Of a DNA stretch of 64,000 nt, positions 41,404-51,336 are shown in pieces; within the stretch, counting starts at the first letter, position 1, and every line of letters starts with the position of its first letter. A program made the position numbers and the translations under genes. Origin of the DNA: a virus (lineage: Duplodnaviria; Caudoviricetes). The stretch is from positions 1 to 64,000 of IMG/VR virus record IMGVR_UViG_3300010348_001730; one strand, given 5' to 3'. The notes beneath the pieces are model-generated. The model did not search any database. It was not told the DNA's origin and worked only from the letters and a program-made list of their open reading frames with translations.

Positions 41404-41659
41404 AAAGAGTATTAATAATTTCCCAAGCTAATTTTAAATTATCTCTATCTTCTTGACTCGCTACAATCATCTCTACAAGATTACCTAATTCAAGATATTT
41501 ATGTTTTCCTTCAGGATAACACATTTGTTTATTATATATTGAACGATATATAACTTCTCTAACATTATACATTTGAATAGTTTTAGAAGATGTCCAAATT
41601 TTAATAACACTTGGAGTATCTTCTTTTTCTATTTTTATGTGAACTCGATAAATACTCAT
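41390..41659 (-). CDS. Hypothetical protein (shared motif family)
   Basis: 'MIVASQEDRDNLKLAWEII'. Confidence 0.55.
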   Translation of the reverse strand: MSIYRVHIKIEKEDTPSVIKIWTSSKTIQMYNVREVIYRSIYNKQMCYPEGKHKYLELGNLVEMIVASQEDRDNLKLAWEIINTLYEKE

Positions 41660-41976
41660 ATTTTATCACATTGAGCTTTTAAAATTTCAATTCCTAGTTT
41701 TTTTGTTAAAGGATCTGAAGAATCTAACATACTAAATCCTATATCAGATAATTCATGATCTCCCATAAGTTCAACTTCATCACTAAATATTGAGTCAGAA
41801 TATTGAATTTCAGGAAAAAATACATGTTTAATATCTGAGTTAACTAGTAAATAAAGTACACTTGTTCTCTTATTAATATAATAATCTTTACAACTACTAA
41901 GAGGAATTATTTCATAATAAGTTCTAGGATTAAATCCTTTCTTTCTAACTGTAACAATAGATATTTCACATCTCAT
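41656..41976 (-). CDS. Hypothetical protein (shared motif family)
   Basis: 'MLDSSDPLTKKLGIEILK'. Confidence 0.55.
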   Translation of the reverse strand: MRCEISIVTVRKKGFNPRTYYEIIPLSSCKDYYINKRTSVLYLLVNSDIKHVFFPEIQYSDSIFSDEVELMGDHELSDIGFSMLDSSDPLTKKLGIEILKAQCDKI

Positions 41977-41979
41977 TTT

Positions 41980-42231
41980 TTAATCTTTTAAAATCAGTTT
42001 TTTATCAATTCTATCTTTAAAAATTTTAATAATTGCTTCATTTACAATTTTAGATCTGTCTTCATCAATATGATCAATCCAATTTATTTCAGTTGTATAT
42101 TCTGTTTCACCATATTCATCTTCATAAAGTTTATTAAAAGTAATTAAAAATCTAATTCCATTATATTGTCCTTTATAAATTTTAGTAAATTCATGTGGTG
42201 AATTATTTATACCTATTTTATTTATGCTCAT
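41980..42231 (-). CDS. Hypothetical protein
   Basis: 83 aa ORF in operon. Confidence 0.5.
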   Translation of the reverse strand: MSINKIGINNSPHEFTKIYKGQYNGIRFLITFNKLYEDEYGETEYTTEINWIDHIDEDRSKIVNEAIIKIFKDRIDKKLILKD

Positions 42232-43309
42232 TATTTCTGTTGTTTATAACTATTTGTTTTACTTTTTCTATTTCAGAAGATTGATCTGCTTTAGGTAATT
42301 CTTTGAAATAATTAACTGCTCCATTAAAATATAGTGCACAAATAGTACCAGCTCCACCAGATCTTCCTCCTAAAATTTCTAAAAAACGAATATTATCTTT
42401 AAAAAATTTTATATCATAACCTTCATATTCTGGTATATGATGTCTGAAAGGACTAAATAATCCAAAAATAACATTTGCATCTTGTTGTGTTGTTTTATTT
42501 TCACCTAAACCGTCAAGTGTTGGCCTAAGTCTATTTGCTTTCATATTATCAACAGATTCTTGAGCTGCAGCTTGTTGTTGAATTAATACTGGTATTTGAT
42601 AATATTTATTTCTTAATTGAATAAAATATTTACTTGACAAATCTCCAATAGCTTGAGCTACAGTTCCTCCATTTTCAGTTGAAAGTAATTTTGCGTGATC
42701 AACAATACACATTACATATTCTTCTGGATTATTTTCTTCATAATAATCATCTACTTCTTCATTAGTAAAAGCAACATTTTTTTTATGTTGTTTTCCATTT
42801 TTTAAAGCATACGATCTCATATAATTAAATATTCCAAAAGGGTTTCTAATATTATCAATAAATTCTACACAAGATAAAAATTCATTAATATAATCAGAAT
42901 GAGATTCTATAAAATCTAAAACTTCAGAATTTATAGGATTTCTAGCACTAGATAAATCTGTAGGAGAAATTATTAAGCGCATATTACTCATAACAAAAAC
43001 TAAATGACATAAAAATTGTAAAGTTTTTTCTTCTTTAGACATTTCTAAAGAAAAATACTTAATTACTAATTTAATAGGTAATTTTTTTTCTTTTATTTGT
43101 CTAAAAGGATTGTATACGAATAAAAAATCAGTAATTTGTGTTTTACCAACTTTACTATTTGCTGTTAAAAGATAATATTTTGCTTTTTCAATACCAGGAT
43201 TAAAGGCTTCAAACTTAGGTAACCCCCAAGGGATGCAATTAATTTTTCCTGTTAAAACTCTTTCTCTACGATCTTTTATATATTTAAAAACTCTATCAAA
43301 TAAACTCAT
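42218..43309 (-). CDS. DnaB-like replicative helicase (crAss-type)
   Basis: Walker A 'ANSKVGKT', 'FSLEMS', 'IVDH', 'IQQQ', 'QDANVIFGLFSP', 'GRSGG'. Confidence 0.85.
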   Translation of the reverse strand: MSLFDRVFKYIKDRRERVLTGKINCIPWGLPKFEAFNPGIEKAKYYLLTANSKVGKTQITDFLFVYNPFRQIKEKKLPIKLVIKYFSLEMSKEEKTLQFLCHLVFVMSNMRLIISPTDLSSARNPINSEVLDFIESHSDYINEFLSCVEFIDNIRNPFGIFNYMRSYALKNGKQHKKNVAFTNEEVDDYYEENNPEEYVMCIVDHAKLLSTENGGTVAQAIGDLSSKYFIQLRNKYYQIPVLIQQQAAAQESVDNMKANRLRPTLDGLGENKTTQQDANVIFGLFSPFRHHIPEYEGYDIKFFKDNIRFLEILGGRSGGAGTICALYFNGAVNYFKELPKADQSSEIEKVKQIVINNRNNEHK

Positions 43310-43469
43310 TTAATTATTTTCATTTCATGAACCCATATCGATTTAGGAGTTCTTTCTCTTTTTATTTTTTCTTTAACCATTATCATTGCATTGTATGCAT
43401 TGTTAGCAACAATTTGTTCAACAATTTCATAAGAATCATCTATTCTAATATGTAGTTCATAATTTGTCA

Positions 43470-45008
43470 TTAGCTTTTATAGAATTTTTGTGAATATGTT
43501 ATTCCATTATAATTTCTAACTTTAATAATATACCATCCTATAGATAAAGATGAAACATCATTATTTTCAGAAACAAGTTTTCCTGAAAGATCATATATTT
43601 TTAATGTATAATTTTTTAAATTAAATACATTTATAATATTGTCTTTTACAAAGATTTTAACACCTAAATTATTTACAATGTATGTTTGTTGTAAATCATT
43701 ATAACCTTGTGATGTCCAAGTATTTAAATTAGCAAATCTTATAGAATAAGCAATATTGTTGTTTTCAGGTAAATTTAAATATAATTTATATGTACCATTA
43801 GGTAAACTATATTGCGATAAATCTGTAGCTATAGTACTTGTTGTGTTTTTAAACCATTTTCTAGTATTTACTTGTAATAAAAAAGGATAATCTATATTTG
43901 TAGTTGTACTTTTAAAAACTAGATAAACTTTTCTATTTTTCATAATATTACTAAAACCTGTATTATTTAAACTAATATTTAACCAGTTTCCAATAATTTG
44001 GCTATTTAATAATTCAAATCTGTAACCGAGTCTTTTTCTAACTTCTGTTAATTCTGTAGCACTCCAAGAAGATAATACGGAAGTATTATAATCAATATTT
44101 AAAGTTAACCAATTAGTTAAATTCATTTCATTTAAAGCATTAGAACCTAAAGTTCTAGGTTGATTAACTTTACAAGTTTCACCTGTCATTGGTATATATT
44201 TACTATCATTTGATAAAAATAAATAATCAGATGTTCCTACAGGATTACCTGTTTGACCTGTACCACTATATGTACCAGAATCTCCCCATTCATTTAAGAA
44301 ACAATCATTATAAAATCCAACTCTTGAATTAAAAGAATTTACAAAAGCTGAAGTATCGTTTAATTGTGTTGTTCCATAAATTGTTTTTTTAATAGTAACA
44401 TATCTTACTTGAATTGGAATTTCAGAATCAATATTATTAACCAAATTATCAAGAACTTCTTTTCTGTTATTCCATTGCGTTGTATTAATAATATCTCTTT
44501 CCCCAAATTCAGAAGAATTACCTGTAGTATACCATTCACCCCATGTACCAATAAATCCAGCTTGTAAACTAATAATCACATCTTTATTATTATTAATTAC
44601 AGAAGATAATTGTTGAATATGTTGTAGTATTAAAGATTTTACAGGCTGTTGAACAGCTAAAGTTTCATCTTTACTATATACAAATCTAATTACAGCTTTT
44701 AATCCTGAACTTCTTAAAATATTAAAATCATTTTGAACATTAGTTAAATAAGAAGAACTAATTGTTGTTGTTAAAAATTGATTTAAATAAAATTGACGAT
44801 TAATCACAGTAATACCTTCTACTGTTCTGTAATTTGTTAAAACAGATTGTTGTAAAGGTACATATACAGTTGGTGCTGAAGAAGACATTGAACTTAATTG
44901 ATGATAAAAACCTCTTTCAGGATTTGTAACAACATTAGGGTCTACTTGATAATTTATTACTTGTGCTTGTAAATTAACACAAAACAATAATAAAAATAAT
45001 TTTTTCAT
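43470..45008 (-). CDS. Secreted glycoside-hydrolase-like protein (DUF4874/DUF4832-like) with T9SS type A C-terminal sorting domain
   Basis: Signal peptide 'MKKLFLLLFCVNLQAQ'; 'NPERGFY', 'QAGFIGTWGEW', 'GFYNDCFL', 'GETC', 'LGYRF'; CTD 'KIYDLSGKLV...LSIGWYIIKV...SQKFYK'. Confidence 0.8.
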   Translation of the reverse strand: MKKLFLLLFCVNLQAQVINYQVDPNVVTNPERGFYHQLSSMSSSAPTVYVPLQQSVLTNYRTVEGITVINRQFYLNQFLTTTISSSYLTNVQNDFNILRSSGLKAVIRFVYSKDETLAVQQPVKSLILQHIQQLSSVINNNKDVIISLQAGFIGTWGEWYTTGNSSEFGERDIINTTQWNNRKEVLDNLVNNIDSEIPIQVRYVTIKKTIYGTTQLNDTSAFVNSFNSRVGFYNDCFLNEWGDSGTYSGTGQTGNPVGTSDYLFLSNDSKYIPMTGETCKVNQPRTLGSNALNEMNLTNWLTLNIDYNTSVLSSWSATELTEVRKRLGYRFELLNSQIIGNWLNISLNNTGFSNIMKNRKVYLVFKSTTTNIDYPFLLQVNTRKWFKNTTSTIATDLSQYSLPNGTYKLYLNLPENNNIAYSIRFANLNTWTSQGYNDLQQTYIVNNLGVKIFVKDNIINVFNLKNYTLKIYDLSGKLVSENNDVSSLSIGWYIIKVRNYNGITYSQKFYKS

Positions 45009-45190
45009 TCTATGATTTTTAAATATTTTTTTTGATCAGAAGATTTTATATAACCTTTATATTTTCTATCTTTATACGAAAATAATGATAAATCTCCAAA
45101 TGAATCTTTTTCAGCAAAAAGAATATCTCCAAAAAGCATTAATCTTCTTTTACCTAAAGTAGTAAAATTTGTTATAACTTCTAACTTCAT
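45005..45190 (-). CDS. Hypothetical protein
   Basis: 61 aa, overlapping start/stop with neighbours. Confidence 0.45.
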   Translation of the reverse strand: MKLEVITNFTTLGKRRLMLFGDILFAEKDSFGDLSLFSYKDRKYKGYIKSSDQKKYLKIIE

Positions 45191-45576
45191 GATGTTAAAA
45201 AATAATAAGTTAATAATAATTGTAAATAATGTAAAAATTGATCAAAACCAATACTTACAAAAAAATTATGAATTTTTTTATCTTCCCATAATTTAGAATT
45301 TAATCTACTAGTAAAAAAATCAGTTACTGTATGTGCTATAAAAGTAATACTAGTAAAACAAATTAATTGACTAAAAGATAAATTAGTACTGAATAAGAAA
45401 TATTTAGAAGAAGTTATAATTCCTAAAATAAACCATACAATACTATAAGTAAAAGTATGTTCTAATAAATATTTCATACTTTTACTTTTATTTGTAGCTT
45501 GTTTGTCTGTTTGTGTTACAAAGTCTGCAAACCAATGTACAAATAAAATACTTAATACAATATATATATTAATCAT
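45187..45576 (-). CDS. DUF3307-like membrane protein
   Basis: 'HWFADFVTQ', 'H..TD', 'GFDQFLH'; four hydrophobic segments. Confidence 0.8.
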   Translation of the reverse strand: MINIYIVLSILFVHWFADFVTQTDKQATNKSKSMKYLLEHTFTYSIVWFILGIITSSKYFLFSTNLSFSQLICFTSITFIAHTVTDFFTSRLNSKLWEDKKIHNFFVSIGFDQFLHYLQLLLTYYFLTS

Positions 45577-45634
45577 CTAATTCTGACAAAAAGAACATTA
45601 ATATAATAACTCCAAAAATAATTGTCGTCATATT

Positions 45635-46279
45635 TTAAATTGAATTTGTAGTCCAATCATCGTTAGAATTTGAAACATTATCTTCAGACATTGTTTCAAG
45701 AATAATTTCAAATTCTCTTTGATTTAACCAAGTTAATGAATTTTTCATATACGTCATGTTATTGTTTTTATTATTAACATCTTTACGTAATTTGATTTCA
45801 TAACGTAATGCTTTAATAATATCTTCATGAAGTATTCCTTCAGAAAGTAAAGAAAGATATTTTTTTTTACATATTTCTTTATTTCCTTTTAATAAACGAG
45901 TTCTTCGATATATTCCGTGCTCATCAGAACTAGGAAATGTCATCCAAAATTCGTCAAATTTATGTTGATTACTAATTGTTTTCTTTATTTCAGGTGTTTC
46001 TTTTAAAACAGTATTTTTTTTATTAACAAAAGAATCTATTAAAAGTCTTCCTTTTTCTCTTAAATGAAAAGTTAATACTTCATTTTCATTAAAAGCTTTT
46101 ATAAGACCTTTTGCTTCTAAATCAAGATATGTGTTTAACATATCTGATTCGTAATATATCTTTCTAGAATTTGTTTCATAGCTGTATAGTTTATATAAAG
46201 CTAAAAATTCATCAAAAGATAATCCTAAACGCTCAATTTCATCAATCAACTCTTCCCACATACGCGTATTATAAATCAA
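45635..46279 (-). CDS. Winged-helix/replication initiator-like hypothetical protein
   Basis: 'FDEFW..FP...K..Y...YMKNSLTWLNQ' C-terminal pattern seen in phage replication organisers. Confidence 0.5.
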   Translation of the reverse strand: MIYNTRMWEELIDEIERLGLSFDEFLALYKLYSYETNSRKIYYESDMLNTYLDLEAKGLIKAFNENEVLTFHLREKGRLLIDSFVNKKNTVLKETPEIKKTISNQHKFDEFWMTFPSSDEHGIYRRTRLLKGNKEICKKKYLSLLSEGILHEDIIKALRYEIKLRKDVNNKNNNMTYMKNSLTWLNQREFEIILETMSEDNVSNSNDDWTTNSI

Positions 46280-46481
46280 AAATATAGCTCATACTTAAAC
46301 TATATTCCATTTTTCGATGTTCAAGTTCATAATTTTCTGTTAATATTTCATGAACTTCTTTTGGTGATACTTCAATATTTAAAGTATCTTTAATTTTTTT
46401 AGAAATTATGTTTACATCTGTTGTTTTATATGACTCAGAAACTAATTCTGTATAAAATCTTTTTTCTAAATTCTCATTCAT
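46269..46481 (-). CDS. Hypothetical protein
   Basis: 70 aa ORF in operon. Confidence 0.5.
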   Translation of the reverse strand: MNENLEKRFYTELVSESYKTTDVNIISKKIKDTLNIEVSPKEVHEILTENYELEHRKMEYSLSMSYIFDL

Positions 46482-46490
46482 TATTCATTA

Positions 46491-48371
46491 TTAAAATAAT
46501 GTTAATTGATTATGACGATCTATTTCGTCAATAATTTCTTGTGTTTTACTAATATAATATTGATAATTAATTTTATAATCTTCCCAAGATTTTTCTTTAT
46601 AATTATTAAAAAGTTTAACACCTTGTCCAACATTTACATGTTGAAATGTACCTGTATCATATTTTCTTTTATATAAATAAGGTGCTGTTTTAGAAAAATA
46701 ATATCTATTTAAATTTTGTTGTTTTTCACCATTATGATAAACTGTAAAATCTTTACTAATCTTATTAGATTTACAATAATCAAATATACTAATATTATAT
46801 TTTTCAGGATTTGATATGAATTCTCTAGGATTAATGTTTTTAGTATAATACGCATTTAATGCTTTAGATATTATTACTTCATCACATGAATCACCTAAAG
46901 GTATTTCTCTTTGTCCTTTTTCATTAAAAGGTAATTTAAAAAGACCTTTTCTTTTAACATCTCCTTTTTGAGTTATTGCTATATAATTGTTAACATTTTT
47001 GTAAAATATTTTTTCATAAACTTCATGTTCTAATTTTAAATTAAATAATTCAATAGTTTTATCAAGAAGTTCATAATATTTATTTTCTTGATCTACAGGC
47101 ACAATAACTTCAATACCATCTGTATTAGCAGAAACAACTTTCCAATTATTTATAATACATACTTCAATACATTTTGTTAGAATTAATTGACCTATAAGTC
47201 TTAATCTCATAGCTCCTTCAGGAAAATATAAAAAACAATGTTCCATATCTAATAAACCTGAAGTTCCATTAAGAATAAGTTTAAAAAATAAATCTTTTTG
47301 TTTTTCTTTATTTTTTTTAGCAATAACTCTTTCTGTTTTAATATTTCCATATTGTTCTAATACTTCTGGAAATCTTATACATTTTTTGTTAATTATTATG
47401 TTAGGATATAGACTTTCAACATCTGAAGTAATAACTTTATGTGTATCTGTAGTATAATATTTTTCATTTTCATTTACAGAATGTAATCCTCCAATACCAT
47501 AAGTTAACATAATACTAGTATTATTATAATTAACTGGTAAATTTTTACTAAAACTATTAGTAGAATTTAAAATTTCTTCATACAATTTTTTAAAAATAGG
47601 TAATTCAAATTTAGGATCAAATCCTGTAAGAACATCTTTTAAGTAAATTGTATTTTTAATAAATCTAAGATCTCTTGTTAATTTAAGATTTTTACCTGTT
47701 ATTTCACAATAATTTTTTAATAACGCTTCAAGAGCTACTTTTGGAGCATCCCAAGACCAACAAAATAAACCATAATCTTTAACAACATTATGTCTAAGAA
47801 TAATTTGTTCTTGTTGAGCATCTGTAAGCATTTCTAAAATACCTAAATCATGAGTATAATTATAATATCTTAATATAGGTAAATCTTCTTTTTTTAAAAT
47901 AGTATCGTGCTTATATGGTAATTCCTGTATTACAGGATAGCCTAATTGTACACCTAACGCTTTAAGACTAATTTTTTTAGATATTCTAATACCTTTAGAC
48001 CAATATAAAAATAAATCTATATCAATCCAACCCGTATTCATATATTTAATTTTTTTAGTTGCTTCGTCATATACTGTAGTATTTATAATTTTATCTGAAA
48101 ACCATTTTAAATCTGCAGTAATATTATCCCAACTTAAATTTTTATAATTTTCATAATTACTAAGATAATATTTAATAACCATATTGTCATAATGAATACC
48201 GTTAAAACTTATAAGAAATCCTGTAAAAGTCATAAAAAAATGAAAAATTAATTCCCGATCATCTTTTTCTTCACTTATTTCATAAAAAGTAATTTCTTTA
48301 GTTTCATAATCTTTAATTCCTACACAAAAAAAATTTTTAAATATTTCTATGTCGTATAATTTTTTCTTCAT
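46491..48371 (-). CDS. DNA polymerase family B (crAss-type)
   Basis: Exonuclease 'YDIE', 'FNGIHYD'; polymerase 'SDVESLYP', 'KLILNGTSG', 'NTDGI'. Confidence 0.9.
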   Translation of the reverse strand: MKKKLYDIEIFKNFFCVGIKDYETKEITFYEISEEKDDRELIFHFFMTFTGFLISFNGIHYDNMVIKYYLSNYENYKNLSWDNITADLKWFSDKIINTTVYDEATKKIKYMNTGWIDIDLFLYWSKGIRISKKISLKALGVQLGYPVIQELPYKHDTILKKEDLPILRYYNYTHDLGILEMLTDAQQEQIILRHNVVKDYGLFCWSWDAPKVALEALLKNYCEITGKNLKLTRDLRFIKNTIYLKDVLTGFDPKFELPIFKKLYEEILNSTNSFSKNLPVNYNNTSIMLTYGIGGLHSVNENEKYYTTDTHKVITSDVESLYPNIIINKKCIRFPEVLEQYGNIKTERVIAKKNKEKQKDLFFKLILNGTSGLLDMEHCFLYFPEGAMRLRLIGQLILTKCIEVCIINNWKVVSANTDGIEVIVPVDQENKYYELLDKTIELFNLKLEHEVYEKIFYKNVNNYIAITQKGDVKRKGLFKLPFNEKGQREIPLGDSCDEVIISKALNAYYTKNINPREFISNPEKYNISIFDYCKSNKISKDFTVYHNGEKQQNLNRYYFSKTAPYLYKRKYDTGTFQHVNVGQGVKLFNNYKEKSWEDYKINYQYYISKTQEIIDEIDRHNQLTLF

Positions 48372-48636
48372 TTCTAATATTTAAAAGTCAAACAAAAACT
48401 CCATAATAAATTACGGAGCTGTTGTTATTAATTTTTTATAATATATTTGTTAGGCTTAAACTGAACAGGTCGTTCAAATCTTAATTCTTCTTTTTCATTT
48501 TGAATAAAAGAAGATAATATTTTAACTTCCCTTTTAATTTTTGAAAGTTCAGATCTACCAGACATATTATAAAAAATCAATATTTTTATTCAGTGATTTG
48601 GTTTGCTTTCTCATCGTATTGAATTTACCAGAATGA

Positions 48637-48858
48637 TTATTCAACTTCAAAAGTTACAGCATGTAAATCATGACAAATATCATTAATATGTTGAACAACT
48701 TTTGTAAGATCTAAAGGTTTTCCTTTCTCATCATAAAAAAATTGTTTATTAATGTTTTGACTTTGAAACGTACCGTCTGCAAATTTAAAAGTTATAGTTC
48801 CGTTTTCTTTGTCTTTGATACGAAGTAGCGTAGCAATCAAGTTATCTAGTTTAGACAT
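48637..48858 (-). CDS. Hypothetical protein
   Basis: 73 aa ORF in operon. Confidence 0.55.
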   Translation of the reverse strand: MSKLDNLIATLLRIKDKENGTITFKFADGTFQSQNINKQFFYDEKGKPLDLTKVVQHINDICHDLHAVTFEVE

Positions 48859-48859
48859 T

Positions 48860-49114
48860 TTAAGAAGGATTTAGCAAATTTTCAATGTTTGATAGAACCC
48901 CTTTGGATTCTTCAATGGAGTTTTTAGATGCTTCAATTTCAGCATCAATTTGATCACGTTGTAAAACAAGATTTTCAACGTAAACTTTTTCTTCATCAAT
49001 TACTTTGAGAAGATCTTCTTTCATTTTTGTAAAAACAGAAACAATTTTTGTTCTTTTTTTACTAAATTTGGCTGAAGATTTAACCAAAAAACCAAATAAT
49101 AGTTTTTTAACCAT
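48860..49114 (-). CDS. Hypothetical coiled-coil protein
   Basis: 84 aa, heptad-like C-terminal half. Confidence 0.55.
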   Translation of the reverse strand: MVKKLLFGFLVKSSAKFSKKRTKIVSVFTKMKEDLLKVIDEEKVYVENLVLQRDQIDAEIEASKNSIEESKGVLSNIENLLNPS

Positions 49115-49474
49115 TTATACTTCTAAGGTTTTTACTGTTTCAAAGAATTTGTTTCCTACTTGTTGAGGATCCACATCTTTAATTAAAACTTGTTTTTTTT
49201 GACTCAAGAGATAATTTGAAACTTTTTCAACTCTAGATTCAGCAATTTCAGCTCCAACGGATTTTACAAAAGGATCATTTACATGATTACCTGCAATACC
49301 TATGAGAAGCGTTTTTGTTTCAGGAAAATATTTTCCTGCAAACGTTCTTCTCGTGTGCTTGTTGCCTGAAACAAAAGTTTCAACAATTTCAGGATTACCT
49401 CCTTTATTGACAACCTTCATTCTTTTTTTCAAAGAATGTGGTTTTTGGTGAACAAGATAGATTCTTTGTTCCAT
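49115..49474 (-). CDS. Hypothetical protein
   Basis: 119 aa; 'D.F.K..G..IA..R' motif common in phage proteins. Confidence 0.55.
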   Translation of the reverse strand: MEQRIYLVHQKPHSLKKRMKVVNKGGNPEIVETFVSGNKHTRRTFAGKYFPETKTLLIGIAGNHVNDPFVKSVGAEIAESRVEKVSNYLLSQKKQVLIKDVDPQQVGNKFFETVKTLEV

Positions 49475-49574
49475 AATATAATAAATTAAAAATTACATTT
49501 TAAAAATTATTACACGGAGTAGTTTTTAAACTACCCCATGTAATAAAAACCAATCTACGACGTCCAATTCGTAG

Positions 49575-49648
49575 TGGTCCCACTTGGAATCGAACCAAGC
49601 ACCTACTGATTATGAGTCAGTTGCTCTAACCGAATGAGCTATAGGACC
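49575..49648 (-). tRNA. tRNA with CAU anticodon (Ile2 or elongator Met)
   Basis: GGUCCUA acceptor, ACUGA-CUCAUAA-UCAGU anticodon arm, UUCGAUU T loop; CCA not encoded. Confidence 0.9.
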
Positions 49649-49802
49649 CATCCAAGTTAATTAACTCTATTACTAGCGTTGATTAAAATTTGAGGATTTT
49701 TGTAAGTACTGTTTTGGACAGTATTTATCATCCATCTAATAAAATTTTTTTGTCTGTCAAGTTTTTCTGAAGGTCTTGAAGGACTTTGAGTTAATATTGC
49801 GT

Positions 49803-50591
49803 TCATAAATTGGTTTTTAAAATATCTTTTAAAATATTAAAATTAGAAGAATACTTATCATTTTTATGATAATTATTCAGGACGCCTAAATGAAAAAGAG
49901 TTTCTTGGAAAGATTTACTTTGATAAGTTATAAAACTTACAAATTCTTCCACATCTGCTCTTAAAATATATTTTACAACTCGAATGTTGAAAATAAATTT
50001 TTCATTACGAATAATATCATTAACAGTTCTAAGATTATAAACTGCTCGATGATTTAAATCATGTTCGATACTTGGTATATTACCAGTATACTCAGCAAGA
50101 TAGGTAAAAATAACGTCATTTTGAATTTTTTCTCTTTCAAGAATTTCTTTAATTCGCATTTCATGACTGCCTGTTATTTTAATATCATCTACAAAGACAA
50201 GAATTTCTCCTTCACGAATACATGATTTATCAAGATACATCATGTCTGATGAAATAGCAGCAATACGATCTTCTTTATTCATCAATCCATAATCGTCATC
50301 ATAAGAATACTCTCTAAAAATTTTAGATTGTTTAATTATGATATTTTTTTGAATAAATTGATTTGCTAAAGATGAAAGTAAATAATCTTTTAAAGCATTA
50401 CTTGCTGCGGGAACATTGTTGTAAGGTGCTGCATAAAAAACTAATGTAGAACCTTCTTGAAAATCACAAACTTGAGCTAATTGTTGACCAAATTTTCTAG
50501 CTTGTGTTTTACTACCATGTTTGAATTTACTGTAGTCTTGATAAAAGTCTTCAGTAAAACTATCTGATTTAATTAAACTTATTGTCTGCAT
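49803..50591 (-). CDS. Phosphoribosyltransferase-like protein of the Ter cluster
   Basis: 'YSKFKHG', PRPP-loop 'VFVDDIKITGSHE'. Confidence 0.75.
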   Translation of the reverse strand: MQTISLIKSDSFTEDFYQDYSKFKHGSKTQARKFGQQLAQVCDFQEGSTLVFYAAPYNNVPAASNALKDYLLSSLANQFIQKNIIIKQSKIFREYSYDDDYGLMNKEDRIAAISSDMMYLDKSCIREGEILVFVDDIKITGSHEMRIKEILEREKIQNDVIFTYLAEYTGNIPSIEHDLNHRAVYNLRTVNDIIRNEKFIFNIRVVKYILRADVEEFVSFITYQSKSFQETLFHLGVLNNYHKNDKYSSNFNILKDILKTNL

Positions 50592-51217
50592 CTTTCTGAA
50601 ATAATGTGATAAGCATCTTTAATTGTTCTGGAATTACTATTAATAATTATTGGTTCAGATCCAGCTCTTTTAGCACCTAAATAATCAGTATTATGATTAT
50701 CACCAATATGATAATGACTTTTACTATACATTTCTTTATTAGGTTTACTAACCAAAAGATCACTACTAAAATTAAAATTCGTAAAATAATTAAAAATACC
50801 TAAATTATCAATTATTGTAAATAATGTTTTAGCTTCAAGTAATAATGTATTACTACTTAATATTAAAAGATGATTTTCTGATAATAAACGGAGATATTTA
50901 ATCGTATCTTCACTATAAAGTAATGGTGGATATTTAATAGCTAAATCTTGATAAGCTCTGTAAAACTCAATAGTTTTTAATAAATTTGGATCTGAAGGAC
51001 TGAAATAACTATTTAATAATTTAATAATTAATTCTTTTGAAGGTTGCCAACCAGTTCTTTCAATAATACAATCAAGATTGTTTTTGATAGTTTTAAAATT
51101 GTGATTACTAAGCATTTCACTACAAGAAAAAAACTCTTTTGTAAGTTCTGTTTTCTTTAAATGAAATAATGGAGAACTCTTAATAAGAGTTCCCCATAAA
51201 TCTATACTAATATTCAT
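50579..51217 (-). CDS. HAD-superfamily hydrolase of the Ter cluster
   Basis: 'IDLWGTLI', 'SSN', 'SKP', 'HIGDN..TD..GA'. Confidence 0.8.
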   Translation of the reverse strand: MNISIDLWGTLIKSSPLFHLKKTELTKEFFSCSEMLSNHNFKTIKNNLDCIIERTGWQPSKELIIKLLNSYFSPSDPNLLKTIEFYRAYQDLAIKYPPLLYSEDTIKYLRLLSENHLLILSSNTLLLEAKTLFTIIDNLGIFNYFTNFNFSSDLLVSKPNKEMYSKSHYHIGDNHNTDYLGAKRAGSEPIIINSNSRTIKDAYHIISERCRQ

Positions 51218-51231
51218 TTAGACTTTTAATT

Positions 51232-51336
51232 TTATGACCAATTAATAGTCTTAACCCAGGCTACAATTTTAGCTCCCCAACCAAGGAAAGTTTCTAAAAC
51301 CATACCTATGACAATACTGATAATAGTTGATAGCAT
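51232..51336 (-). CDS. Small membrane peptide (34 aa, not in the ORF track)
   Basis: MLSTIISIVIGMVLETFLGWGAKIVAWVKTINWS*; ATG overlaps the vWA gene stop. Confidence 0.45.
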   Translation of the reverse strand: MLSTIISIVIGMVLETFLGWGAKIVAWVKTINWS

